Below are positions 51,652 through 64,000 of a DNA stretch of 64,000 nucleotides, in pieces. The stretch comes from Eledone cirrhosa. Taxonomy: Eukaryota. How positions within the stretch are numbered: the first letter of the stretch is position 1; each line of letters opens with the position of its first letter. Location: NCBI GenBank assembly GCA_964016885.1, contig OZ024747.1, positions 61,938,001 through 62,002,000 on the forward strand. The letters run 5' to 3'. The translations under genes and the position numbers were made by a program. The notes beneath the pieces were generated by a model. The model was given only the letters and a program-made list of their open reading frames with translations, was not told the origin of the DNA and searched no databases.

Positions 51652-52330
51652 CAGTAGACCCTTGCACTACAAGTGCCCCATTGTACAAGTAATTTGCTGT
51701 ATGAGCCAAGGCTCGTGCATATTTTTGTCTTGTAGTACGAGTAGAAATCTGCAATACGAGCGAGTTTCATAAAAGTGACCACACTAGTTGGCGCTGAGCT
51801 CACACAGGCTCTCCCAACAAGTGCACCATCTACTTGCTCAGTAAACGTGTTTATCTCGTTGTGGCAGCATCCCTATTGTTTTCCCAATTTTTTTTTTTTT
51901 TTTTTTTTTTTTTTAGTAGTGTACGTTTTTTGCTATTATTTTATAATATTTCATGGAAAAGATTGGTTCCCCAGTGGAGGACATTGTAGCAGAGACAGCT
52001 ATCTCTACAAGTGACATAAAGGCAGTGATGGTAAAGTGGCAGGATGTTTCTGAATTTGTAGAAAAAAAAATCATCCTGAAAAAGTATCTAGAGGTTGTGC
52101 AGCTGCTTTATTTAATGTCACTGCTCCGACGCATTTTTGTAACATTTTGAAAGGCAAGAAAAGCAGACTTCTCTTTCTATAATTCTAAGTGAGAGAGAAA
52201 ATGCCAGAAATTATTCTTCCTGAAGTCTTAATAGAAAACAATAAGCTTCCTCCTCCATCGTCTTCCTTGTGCACAAATCATCCCATCTTTAAGGTAATTA
52301 AACTAATAAAACCAGTTTACATATTTCTTT
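51652..52330 (+). mobile_element. Tigger/pogo-like DNA transposon remnant, internally deleted
   Basis: Starts CAGTAGACCCTTG (Tigger-like terminus); frameshifted ISTSDIKAVMVKWQDVSEFVEKK-HPEKV..ALFN..THFCNILKG resembles a Tigger transposase C-terminus. Confidence 0.62.
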
Positions 52331-52547
52331 CGCATTCTTTTTTATTATGCTTTTATCATGCCACCAACACTACCACTTTACAGTGTGTACTGGGTACATT
52401 TTATCATGCCACCAAAACTAACACTTTACAGAGTGTACATGGTGTATTTTATGTTGAATATAAGTGGTTTCCTAAAAAAATTGGAATGTTAGGAATGCTG
52501 AGTTTTGAAAAAATTCAATGTAAGTCTAATATAAAATTTGGGAACAT

Positions 52548-52732
52548 GCATATCTGGCCTCTTTCTGTTGAAACAGGCTGTAACCAGCTATTCATACTTA
52601 TGTTAAGGTATTGTTCTCAAAATAAGAATTATCAAAATCTCATAGATTCAGTAATATGTGAGATAATTATGCAAAGTAAAGTATTTACCATGAAAATACA
52701 ATGGTAATTATGGAGAAATGTAAATGCTAAAT
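52548..52732. mobile_element. piggyBac-like MITE, degenerate, inverted
   Basis: Reverse-complement homology to 17471-17690; ends TGTAAATGCTAAA. Confidence 0.65.
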
Positions 52733-53274
52733 CTGTTTGTGTATTAATGTAATCACAAGTAGTTGTATTAGATTGTGTGAGAGCATGTGTATCTGTGAGT
52801 GACTGAGTATGCATGTGTGTTAATGAATGTGAATGTATGCAGGTGTGTGTGTGTGTATCTATGTATAGATTTATGTACATGAGTGCATATGAATAAAATA
52901 GAGTTTACAGCCAGGTAAATATAGATAAGCATGTGTATATAACTGTAGCTCAATTAGGTGATCATTACTAATATTGATAAGTAAAATAAATTATTAATGA
53001 AAGAAATTGATTAGTATGGCTGATAATAAAAATAATAAGGAGGATTGTAATGAGGTGGTGGGGTGGGGGGATGAGATTTAATAATAATGATAAAGGTATT
53101 TGCAAACTTTCTCAATTGTTTACAGATAGTATATCACAGATTGAAAAAAGTAGAAACAGGCAAGAGAGAGAAGAGAGGGAGGGCGGGGGCGAGAGAAAGC
53201 AATTAGTTAATCATAATAATCAGGATTGTGATATATAAGTGTGTGTATATGTATATACATAAGTGTGTGTATAT

Positions 53275-54843
53275 AATAATAATAATAATGAAATTATTGT
53301 GTAAAGTGCTCAGGTGCACTACAACTCGTCAATATAGTACATAGAATAATACACAAATGCCAGGGAAGTACATGTTTGTATGTGTTAGCTGTAGTGTTGG
53401 CGGATCTCGGGAAGCATGGAGGCCTTAAAGGATGCAGTGTCTCGACAGCTAACAACTGATGCAGGTAGTTTGTTCCATGCTTCAGCAACTCTGAGCGTGA
53501 AAAAATGTTTCCGAAAGTCATGGGAACTGTGCTGTTTTCTTACTTTGTAGGCATGTCCACGTGTGTTAGACACATGGAAATCGAAAAGGCACTCAGGGTT
53601 GTTGTTGGCAACATGGTTAACAATTTTGTGGGTGTTTACCAAGTCAGTTGCCAGGCGTCGGAGCTTCAATGAATCCATGCCCAGGGAAGCAAGGCGCTCA
53701 GAGTATGGTAGATGCCTGATGGAGGGTATTCGCTTGGTTGCACGTCTCTGAACAGTTTCCAGGCGGTCAATGTCCTGAGCAAGATAGGGGTTCCAGACTG
53801 GTGATGCAAATTCTAAGTGTGGTCGCACCATAGCTGTATACAGCCTTAAATAGATATCTGGAGAGCGGCTGACAAAGGTCTTGCTGAGTGATGCTAAGAC
53901 ACCCTTGGCCCTCTTGACAATTTTAGAGACGTGCCTCGTCCAACGCAAATCGCTGCTGACCGTAATGCCCAGGTCACGTTCACAGGAAGACTTCTTGATA
54001 TTAGTGCTGTGGAGGGAGTATGTGGACGCTGGGTTTTTACTCCCAAAATGCATGGTGGTGCACTTGTCCACAGCTAGCTTGAGTTGCCAGTCTGAGATCC
54101 ACTGTTGCATTGTGTCCAGGTCAGACTGCAAGCAAGATCTATAGTGTTCAGGATCTGTCCTTTTTATCTCAAGGTACAGCTTGATGTCGTCTGCGTACTT
54201 TAGTACTGTGGCATTCCTTAAGTTGGCATCTATGTCATTAATATATGCCACAAACAAAAGGGGGCCAAGAACAGATCCCTGAGGTACACCAGATGACATC
54301 TCATATGGTGAGGAATGTTGTCCCAGAACCGTGACTACCTCTCTTCGACTGAGAATGAAGGACTTCAACCAGTTAAAAAGATCATCCTTCACACCCATTG
54401 CAGAGAGTTTTGCCATAAGCCTTTTGTGTGGCACAGAATTGAAGGCCTTCGCAAAGTCAAGGTAAACAACATCCACCCATGAGCCGCCATCAGTGATCCG
54501 GGTGATGTCCTCAAGAAACTCTATAAGTTGATCACAGCAGCTGGAGTTGGGGATAAATCCAAATTGCGAGGGCCGGATAAGACTGTGAGAGCTCCAGAAG
54601 TTCCAAAGTGTTTCTCTGACACAGGATTCCATCAGTTTGGCGATGCAACTAGTAAGACTGACTGGACGATAGTTCACAGGTGATGTGCGGTCACCCTTTT
54701 TGAACAGAGGAATTACACTGGCAGTTTTCCACTGTTCTGGAGTAGCACTGTTGTTCAGACAGAATTGGAAGAAGCGTGATAACTGGTGTAGAAGGAAGTA
54801 CCCACCACGTTTAAGAAGCAGGCACGTAACACCATCAAGACCA
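53275..54843 (-). mobile_element. CR1-clade LINE, 5'-truncated, uninterrupted RT ORF (~485 codons)
   Basis: NYRPVSLTS, QFGF, VDVVYLDFAKAF, SGVPQGSVLGPLLF, KYADD, VRPHLEFASPVW, TRGH..K, FFTLRV..WNKLP; (ATT)n tail. Confidence 0.96.
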
Positions 54844-54949
54844 TATACATATGTGTGTGTGTGTACATTATAATACATACCTAGTTTTTTATACATACCC
54901 ACATAAATTCACACATACACATACATACATACATACATACATACATACA

Positions 54950-54982
<33 letters not shown>

Positions 54983-54984
54983 CA

Positions 54985-55930
54985 TCATCATCATTGCAAT
55001 CGCTTGTCAGATCCAGATGTGTGACGCTCGGTTATGGTTTTTCAAGCCTGTTAGAAACTTGCACTCCTTCGCACACTGACAACAACTATGGATCTCCCTG
55101 GCCTCAGGTCCTCCATCAGGTTGCCTGTGAACCTTCACAACACCGTGGAGATCATAGTTCACTGGTTCTCTTTCAAACATGGCTGTGACTGTGGCTCCTG
55201 AGACAAGATTTGCTGAAGCAAATCTTTCCACACTCAGGGCACACTAATTCAATGGAGGCACCAATTGTTTCGAGAGATACACCAGGGCATTGCTTATGCA
55301 CATCCCGTTTGATCTTCTCGTGCTCTATGCATCTATCCTCAAAATTATGGACCCTCATTCATCATTCCATGCCAAGTTTCTCTTTCAAGAGCTTCTATCT
55401 CCCAGTCAGCCAACATCAAACCAGTTTTTTTCAATGAGTCCTTTACACAATCTTTGAATTGGAGCTTTGGTTTATGAGGTCTCTTACTTTTACAAAGCTC
55501 GCCATACAAAAGATGTTTTGGGATTTGATCATCCTCCATTCTGCAGAGGTGTCCAGTCCATCGCAAACGTTGTTGGTGGATGATACTTTCAATGCTCCGA
55601 CATTCACTTCTCACAAGGACCTCAACCTCACTCACATGCATCTGCCACTTGATATTGAGCATCTTTCTGAGACACTGCTGGTGAAATCGTTCCATGCCTT
55701 ACACGCATACATCAATGCTGACAGTACACATGCGGCATTCATTATCACCTTGGTCTTCATTGTGATTCCTTGCCTGGACCAAAGACAGTCGCTGAGCCTT
55801 CCAAATGACATACTTGCTTTGCTAACATGCAGACCAACTTCTGCATCCAGAGAGCAGGTCACACTCAGAGTACTCCGCAAATACACAAATCAGGTTGATA
55901 TATGATGACAGTCACCTTCAGACTGATTGT
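54985..55930 (-). mobile_element. Degenerate RTE (BovB-like) LINE 3' part
   Basis: Frameshifted YLRSTLS, RFHQQCLRKMLNIKW, RLRWTGHLCRM..PKHLLYGEL; two C2H2 fingers (CPECGK..H, CCQC..H); (GAT)n tail. Confidence 0.85.
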
Positions 55931-56174
55931 CAGTCCCAAAACACTGCACGCATTGGAAAAAGAATCCATTCATACGCACACATTCATATATCTATACATA
56001 TCTATAATATATATATATATATTTATGTGTGTGTATATATATATATACATATATATGCGTGTGCATGTGTGTGTGTGTATATATATATTTATTAAAATAA
56101 CAGATTAAAGTTTAAGCAAAGAATCGCTGCTTTCACCCTTAACAGGATCTTCTGAAACTAACAAAGTCAATCTG

Positions 56175-56204
<30 letters not shown>

Positions 56205-56240
<36 letters not shown>

Positions 56241-56526
56241 AATTATTGTGTACAGTGCTCAGGTGCATGTATAGTACATAGAATAATGTACAAATGTCAG
56301 GAAAATGAACAGTGTACGAGTCATGATATAATAATAATAACAATAATGAAATATTGTGTACAGTGCCCAGGTGCACCACAACTCATCAAAAAAGTGCATG
56401 TACAGTACATAGGGCAATGCACAAACATCAGTAAAATGAACAGTGCACGAGTCATGATACACACATGTGTGCATGTGTATGGAAGGGGTACATCAGGTGT
56501 AGTTTTGGCGTATTTCGGGAAGCATA
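56205..56526 (-). mobile_element. CR1 3' end fragments (partly duplicated)
   Basis: Homologous to 53275-53417 (AATTATTGTGTA.AGTGCTCAGGTGCA...GTAGT.TTGGCG.AT.TCGGGAAGCAT). Confidence 0.75.
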
Positions 56527-56739
56527 TATATTCATACGTGTATATATATACACACACACATATCTACAGAGGTAGATACACATGTAGGCTTAGTAAAATC
56601 CCCAATCAGAAACCTTATTAATATCTGTTATAGAGGTGAAAGTAGTTAAAGTTGGTCAAACAACTTTACTGACAATTATAACTGAAGATACAGCTGAGTG
56701 ATAACAGCACTGGAACAGAAGTGAATGATGAAAAGAACA

Positions 56740-57629
56740 ACACATACACGTGCCTCTGTGTGTATGTGTGTGTATGTGTGTGCATGTATATGTGAGCATA
56801 TATACATATATGTACATGCATATACATACATACATACATACATTTACATACACATAAATATACATATATATACATACACATGTGTACATACATACATACA
56901 TATACATACACATAAATATACATATATATATATATACATTCACATGTGTACATACATACATACATTTACATGCACATAAATATACATATATATATACATA
57001 CACATGTGTACATACATACATATATTTACATACACATAAATATACATATATATACATACATACACATGTGTACATACATACATACATTTACATACACATA
57101 AATATACATATATATACATACACGTGTACATACATACATACACATAAATATACATATATATATACATACACATGTGTACATAATACATACATACATTTAC
57201 ATACACATAAATATACATATATATATATACACATACACGTGTACATACATACATACATTTACATACACATAAATATATATATATATATATACATACACAT
57301 GTGTACATACATACATACATATACATACACATAAATATACATATATATATATATATACATACACATGTGTACATACATACATACATTTACATACACAAAT
57401 ATACATATTATACATACACGTGTACATACATACATTTACATACACATAAATATACATATATATATACATACACGTGTACATACATACATACATTTACATA
57501 CACATAAATATACATATATATATACATACACGTGTACATACATACACCCACATATATATATACACACATACATATACCCACATATATATATATACACATA
57601 TATATATGTAAACATAGATGTGTATATAA

Positions 57630-57680
<51 letters not shown>

Positions 57681-58079
57681 TATATTTATAGGTATGTACA
57701 TACATATATACATATATATACACACATATGTGTATGTATGTATATATATATATAGTACAGTAACTTAGTACAAACAGAAAATTTAGGTAGAAACTAAGGT
57801 GTTTTGCACAGACCAAATCACCAGAGTATAACACACACACACACACAGACATGGACACACAGCCATGGACACACACATAGACTAGTGGGGTATTACAGAG
57901 AAACACATACACATATTGACATACAAACATCCTCACATGCACACACAGTATCACTACCAATTACTAACATGCATACATACATATATACATACATACACAC
58001 ACATTGATGTTCACACCCATACTCACAAGCATGCACATTAATTGAAGTATACACACACACACATATATATATGTACAGA

Positions 58080-58141
<62 letters not shown>

Positions 58142-58560
58142 TGCACATGCATGCACAGCATCGCAGCAAATTACAAACACGCACATATATATATATATAC
58201 AGACTTTCAGACACACACACACACATATGCATGCACATTAGTTGGAAAAACACACACACAGCATTGCAGCAAATTAGAAAAACACACACACACACACACA
58301 TACACACGCATGCACATTAATAGGAGTACACACATATACACACACACATTTACATGCATGCACATTAGTAGGCATACACATGTATACACATACAGCAAAT
58401 TACAAACATATATACACACTGACTTTCACACACACACATTTACATGCATGCACACTAGTAGGTGTACACACATATGCACACATGTAGAGAAGAGTAAGAG
58501 AGAGAGAGAGAGAAAGAGAGAGACAGAGAGAGAAAGAGAGAGACAGACAGAGAAAGAGAG
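56740..58560. repeat. Long TA/CA/TACA compound microsatellite region
   Basis: Direct reading. Confidence 0.93.
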
Positions 58561-58848
58561 ACTGGTTAGTGATTAGCTTCAATAAAACTGAAAGTAGGTC
58601 CTTGTGTTAGCACAATTTGGTTCCTTTCATGTTATTCAGAGAATGGGTGTAAGTGTGTGAGGGGAGGGGAGAGGGCAGGAGGTGGTGGGGAGGGGGTAGA
58701 AGGAGGTGTGGTTGAAGGAGACGAAGGAGGGTGAGGGGGGAGAAAACAGAATGGAAGATGAATAAAACCACTTAACTGAAAAATTCTACAATAAAATTCC
58801 TTCAGTAAATTTATATCTCAAAGTAGTTTTCTTGAGCAAGGGAACAAC

Positions 58849-58937
58849 TGTAGTGGTAGTAGTAGTAGTAATAGTAGTAGTAGTGGTAGTAGTAATGGTG
58901 GTAGTAGTAGTAGTAGTGGTAGTAATAGTAGTAGTAA

Positions 58938-58969
<32 letters not shown>

Positions 58970-59140
58970 ATGGTAGTAGTAATGGTAGTAGTAGTAGTAA
59001 CAATAGCAATAATGTTAATATCAATAATAATAATAATAATAATAGTGGTAATAATAATTCCTATAATGAAAGTATTAATAATGATTTCTAATTTTATAAC
59101 AGTAATAGTAATAATTCCATTAATAATAGGTTTAATAATC
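58849..59140. repeat. (GTA)n/(ATA)n trinucleotide tract
   Basis: Direct reading. Confidence 0.9.
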
Positions 59141-59141
59141 A

Positions 59142-59330
59142 TAATTGTTTCTATGTTTGGCACAAGGCCAGCAATTATCCAGTACATTACTGGTACTTTA
59201 TTTTATCGACCCCGTAAGGATGAAAGGCAAAGTTAACCTCGGCGGGATTTGAACTCAGATCATAAAGGGACGTAACTATGCTTCAAAGCATGGCCTCCGA
59301 CTCTCTACCGATACTGCCAATCCACCGCCC
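59142..59330 (-). mobile_element. SINE family A, full length
   Basis: Near-identical to 49730-49918. Confidence 0.88.
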
Positions 59331-59933
59331 TATCTATATATAATAATGAATTAGAAGGCCACATGATACTCCACCATTATTGTAATCTCAAATGGATGCT
59401 AAATGAATTAGCCAGACTTTACAGTAAAACAAAAATACACAATGACAACATATAAAATACACAACTTCAAAAAGTGACAAAGAAATATATTTACTATGAA
59501 TGTTGGAGTTCTGATGCAACTAGAAAATTATTATAAAATATCTACAGTAGGACTACAAAAAGATGTTGTGAAGAATAATTAAAACCGATACAAATAGCCA
59601 GAAAACCTAGACAAAACTGTTGTTTTCTGTCTTCAAAGAAGCTAAGAAATACAAAACAGAGACTAATTTGACAGACAAATTTGAAAAGAAAAAAGAAACA
59701 ACAGAAATTGTAAAAGAGGAATATTAACCTTATTGATACAAAACCACCCAGAACTGCCCCTTGCTTTTATGATACAAACCCGTTTCTATCAAATTGTTTA
59801 TCATCATCATTTTTTTGTCAACTTTTCTACACTGCCTTCGGTTGGATGAGACTTTTTGTAGCAATGTTTTTCAGCTGGATGCCATTTTAGTTTGTTTCTT
59901 ATGCCATGAAAGGATATGGTGCATCTATTTTAA

Positions 59934-60141
59934 CCCTTTGGCATTCACATTACTCTATATTTACTATTGTATTTTCATGATAAAGGCTTTATCTCACATA
60001 ATATCGAATCTATGAGATTTTGATAACATTTATTTTGAGATCAATACCTTAACGTCGGTATGAGCAGCCGGTTATGACCAGTTTGAACAGAAAGAAGTGA
60101 TAGAAATCTGGCCAGATATGGCCAGTTTAAATGCTAAAGGG
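59934..60141. mobile_element. piggyBac-like MITE
   Basis: TTAA-CCCTTTGGCATT ... AATGCTAAAGGG-TTAA. Confidence 0.85.
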
Positions 60142-60799
60142 TTAAACCAGGCAACAGCTTTACATCATAATTTTAACCAAGAACCTTTGTTATTTTTTAA
60201 TAATGAGAAAGTTATATTACTAAATTTCTCCATTATTCTCAAAATTACTTGAAAGGGTAATACTTGAAAACAGAGTTAAATGTAAAAAATAATGTAATAA
60301 ACATCACTACTCTAGCTGTCCTCGAAATAGGTTATGGTTATATTCCCAACTAGATGTTATGTTAAGTAGCAAAACCAAATGGAAAAAAGAAAATACTTGA
60401 AAATAGCTGCCTTTAGAATACACCATTTAAAATCTGACATAAATTACATTTACTCCAAAGAGGTTAGGAGGAGGGAGGGGGGGGGTATACAACTAGAAAA
60501 CTTATACAATTTCCACTGTAGAAATACAAAAATATTTAGTGAAGTGTAATGGAGAGTTAAAACAAAGAAATAAGAAAGAAAAAAAAGAAACTACTGTTCT
60601 GTCTTCAAAGAAACCAACAAATATAAAACAGATTCTAAAATAAGAGACACTTGACAGAAATTGTGAAATTGAAAAATTAATCCTTTAGTTGCCAACCTGG
60701 CCAAAACCTGCTTTTGTTCTATGAAATAAAACCACTTATTTTAAAAGTTTCCAGTTTAAATTAAAATCTTCCACCATAATGTTATATAATAACCTCACA

Positions 60800-61132
60800 T
60801 TAAGTTACTATTTTATTTACAAAATAATAATTTTAGTAAATCCATCAAAATTCTTCATTAATTAATTAAAATAGTGTTTATTTTATTAGAAATATGGTCA
60901 TGATTGGGTTAAGTTACTATCTTACTAATGAAATAATAATTTTAGTAAATCTCTCAAAATTCTTCATTAATTAATTAAAATAGTGTTTATTTTATTAGAA
61001 ATGTGGTCATTAAAGGGTTAAGTTACTATCTTACTAATGAAATAATAATTTTAGTAAATCTCTCAAAATTCTTCATTAATTAATTAAAATAGTGTTTATT
61101 TTATTAGAAATATGGTCATTAAAGGGTTAAGC
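60800..61132. repeat. Three tandem ~110-bp units ending in a MITE-like AAAGGGTTAA terminus
   Basis: TAAGTTACTAT...AAATAATAATTTTAGTAAAT...GGTCAT..GGGTTAA recurs three times. Confidence 0.85.
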
Positions 61133-61354
61133 TAAAAATGGAGCAACAGAAAGCAATAACAATAGTAGCCATCCCCTAAATAGTCAATACAAAGAAATAT
61201 CACAGCAGTGGTTGTGGTGAGTCTTTTAGTCATGAAGTTGAAACGAAAGGATTCTTTCAGTTACAAAGCTGAAACTAAAGGACTCTTTACTGCAGTAACT
61301 ACCAAAAACATGTAATGAGGACAGAATATATTAAGCAACTAAAGAAACAATTAA

Positions 61355-61700
61355 TCACATTCACTTCTCCAGTGGCAATCTGGTGCAGTCTGAGACTATT
61401 CCAGGCTCTGCTGCACTTCAGGCATGAGAAAGGTAAACTCTCCAAATATCAGTTGCTCTTCAACAGGTTTACAGTTGAGCCTGTAACAGTGGAGACTTCT
61501 GGTGTTCTTGGCCCTAGGACCACCTCCCTACATGGAGTTGACTACCCGCAGGTGTGAGCCTCGTGAGCTGGAATGACTCTTCCAACACATCTACCTTACC
61601 GTCCTCTGGGGAAACACCTTCTCTATTCTGTCTGCCAGGAAGGCAAGACAGCCAGCACATGGGGTCCCATTTGTGTGGGTTCCCATAGAGAGAGATGGGG
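61355..61700 (+). mobile_element. CRE-like (RLE) non-LTR retrotransposon 3' fragment
   Basis: PGSAALQA.E/KLSKYQLLFNRFTVEPVTVETSGVLGP..EPRELE.LFQHIYLTVLWGNTFSILSA follows the CRE C-terminal pattern K..KY..L...F.P..VET.G..G...FQR.S..V.RGNA. Confidence 0.72.
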
Positions 61701-61878
61701 TGAGTGAGAGAGACGGAGGCAGTGAGTGAAAGACAGTGAACATCAATGCACACACGCACATCTAATTCTAAGTATTTATCACATTGCATCTGGTTGCTGA
61801 GTCTTAGCCAAGACAGAATACATCTAAAGGTATGGCAGAATTGAGTGTTTTCATACATTCAAATTATGCCAATATAAT

Positions 61879-61981
61879 TGTTTCTACTTTAGGCACAAAG
61901 CCATTACTGGTACTTTATTTTATCGACACCGTAAGGAGGAAAGACAAAGTTAACCTCGGTGGGATTTGAACTCCCGAGGTT
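61879..61981 (-). mobile_element. 5'-truncated SINE A with 18-bp TSD
   Basis: AAATTATGCCAATATAAT at 61861-61878 and 61982-61999. Confidence 0.8.
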
Positions 61982-62227
61982 AAATTATGCCAATATAATG
62001 AAATACTAACAGAAAAGTGGTGGCATAAACATAGACCAGTAAAAAGTTTCAGAGAATGACAAAATGACAAGACTCTTGAATATGCCAATAGGACAATCCA
62101 CACACACAGGGATATCAAAGCTAATCTGTTGGAAATTGTTGTCTAAAGAGACCTGCAGAAAAGAAAGTGTTTCTTAAGCATACAATAAAGATGAGATTAC
62201 TGTATAATAATAATAATATTATCATTA

Positions 62228-62392
62228 TTATTGGAACACTTCAAAAGGCATGCTTGCTGGGAACAACAAGAACCCTCCGATACGTCCTGAATATCTGAGG
62301 CTGCAGGTAGTGGCTTGATATTCATTTCCTAAACTTTCCAGTTAAATAACATCAATGACTGAGACTCAAAGAACAATAATAATAATAATAAT
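62228..62392 (+). mobile_element. R4/Dong-like non-LTR retrotransposon extreme 3' end
   Basis: IIGTLQKACLLGTTRTLRYVLNI-stop resembles the LQK..LLGT.RILR.VL terminus; (TAA)n tail. Confidence 0.62.
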
Positions 62393-63112
62393 GGTTTCTG
62401 ATTTAGGCACAAGGCCAACAATTTTAGGGGAGGGAAAAGTTGAATAAATCAACCCCAGTGAGTTACTGGTATTTTATTTTATTGACCCCCATAAGGATGA
62501 AAGACAAAGCTAATCCAAGCAAGATTTCAACTCAGAATGTAAAGGGCCGTAACTGTGCTGCAAAGCATGGTGTCTGACGCTCTACCGATTCTGCCACTCC
62601 ACTGCCTTAATAATAATAATAATAATAATGGTGATTTCTACAATAGGCACAAGGCCAACAATTTTAGGGGAGGCGAAAGGCGATTAAATCGACCCCAATG
62701 AATTATTGGTGTAAAGATGAAAGGCAAAGCTAACCTCAATGGGATTTGAACTCAGAACATAAATAAGAGGAACAAGTTCCTCAGAGCATTTTACCCAAAG
62801 CTCAAACATTCTGCCAATTCACCACTTATAATAATAATAATTGTTTCTACTTTTGGCACAAGGCCAGCAATTACCCAGTGTATTACTGGTACTTTATTTT
62901 ATCAACCCCATAAGGATGAAAGGCAAAGTTAACCTCGATAATAATAATAATGTAGGCACAAGGTCAACAATTTTAGTGGGGAGGGAAAGTCAATTTCATT
63001 AACCCAGTATCTGACTGTTTTTTTTATTTTATTGAGCCCAGATTAATGAAGGGCAAAGTTGACCTCAGCGCTATTTGAACTCACAATGTAAAGAGACATA
63101 ACTAAAGGCTAA
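62393..63112 (-). mobile_element. Cluster of four family A SINEs separated by (TAA)n
   Basis: Four GGCACAAGG(C/T)C ends at about 62406, 62647, 62855 and 62955. Confidence 0.82.
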
Positions 63113-63719
63113 TAATAATTTATCATGAATTGTAACATTGTGCCAGAAAGATCAAAGGGAAGTTGTTTAAGAAGACAAAAGATTAAACATAAAGACATTG
63201 CTTAGTCAGCTTCATAAAGTCTCGGGATAGTTGTTGTTGTCATTGTTGTTGCTGTTGCTGCTGCTGTTATTGCTGTTGTTGTCATTGTCAGTGTTGTTCG
63301 TGGTGGTGGTGGTGGTGGTGGTGTTTTTAACCAAAGTGTGTCACATAGTTTGGAATCTGACATTTACCAGATACAATAACGATTTAATTGAGAACGTGCA
63401 TATGCTTAAGTATGCAAGCCTGCAAGTGTGTGTGAGGGTATATGTTTGAATTTGTATGCATGTATGTGTATGTGTGTAGGGTACATGTATTAAAACCATA
63501 ACTGTGCTCCTGTTTTATCTGCTTTTCCATTAAGGACTTTACATATTTCCCTTCTAATTCTTTATATTTATAAAGTTTGTAGCTTCATCAATATATCCCC
63601 AAACTTTCCCAATCTTATCTTCTCAATATAGTTATTAATAGTGCTTATTAATATAATTTATTTTTATCAGCCCTAGAAAAAAGGCAAAGTTAATCTCAGA
63701 AAGATTTTGATAGCATAAA

Positions 63720-64000
63720 GAGCCACAACAAATAGAGCAAGGCATTTTTATTTAGTGTATCAGACAAAATACTGTGTGATGTTGATCTAGCTCTTTACAT
63801 TCTGAATTCAAATCCCACCAATGTCAACTTTGACCCAGCTCTCTCCATTCTGAGTTCAAATCCTACCAATGTCAACTTTGATCCAACTCTTTACATTCTG
63901 AGTTCAAATTCCACTAACGTCAACTTTACCTTTCATCTTTCTGGAGTTGAAAACATATACTGGGATAAACATGACTTACCTCTACTCCCAAATTACTGGC
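63720..64000 (+). mobile_element. SINE A with triplicated ~48-bp B-box segment, truncated by window end
   Basis: CATTCTGA(A/G)TTCAAAT.C.AC.AA.GTCAACTTT occurs three times in tandem. Confidence 0.75.

Overview
Eukaryotic, AT-rich, repeat-saturated genomic DNA. The SINE types, LINE mix and microsatellite density suggest an octopod cephalopod (inference). The only host gene I can support is RIC1 (RAB6A-GEF complex partner) on the minus strand, seen as two small exons (35280-35366 and 16889-16973) that splice in frame across an 18.3 kb intron, so most of the window is probably RIC1 intron. Bases 1-13284 are a 21-bp minisatellite (~632 units) whose minus strand is stop-free in all three frames and has an ATG at its edge. 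The rest holds LINE remnants (RTE, CR1, L1/Tx1, CRE-like, R4/Dong-like), two tRNA-derived SINE families, TTAA-flanked piggyBac-like MITEs, a Tigger-like remnant and several minisatellites. Best finds: two intact-looking minimal type I hammerhead ribozymes (19453-19508 +, 51465-51536 -) plus two decayed ones; an unclassified (TA)n-embedded element with a long compensated hairpin (3 copies); a 60-bp array made of twin strand-specific hairpins; and a bipartite internally deleted RTE. Nearly all listed ORFs are microsatellite translation artefacts. All homology calls come from recalled motifs, not database searches.
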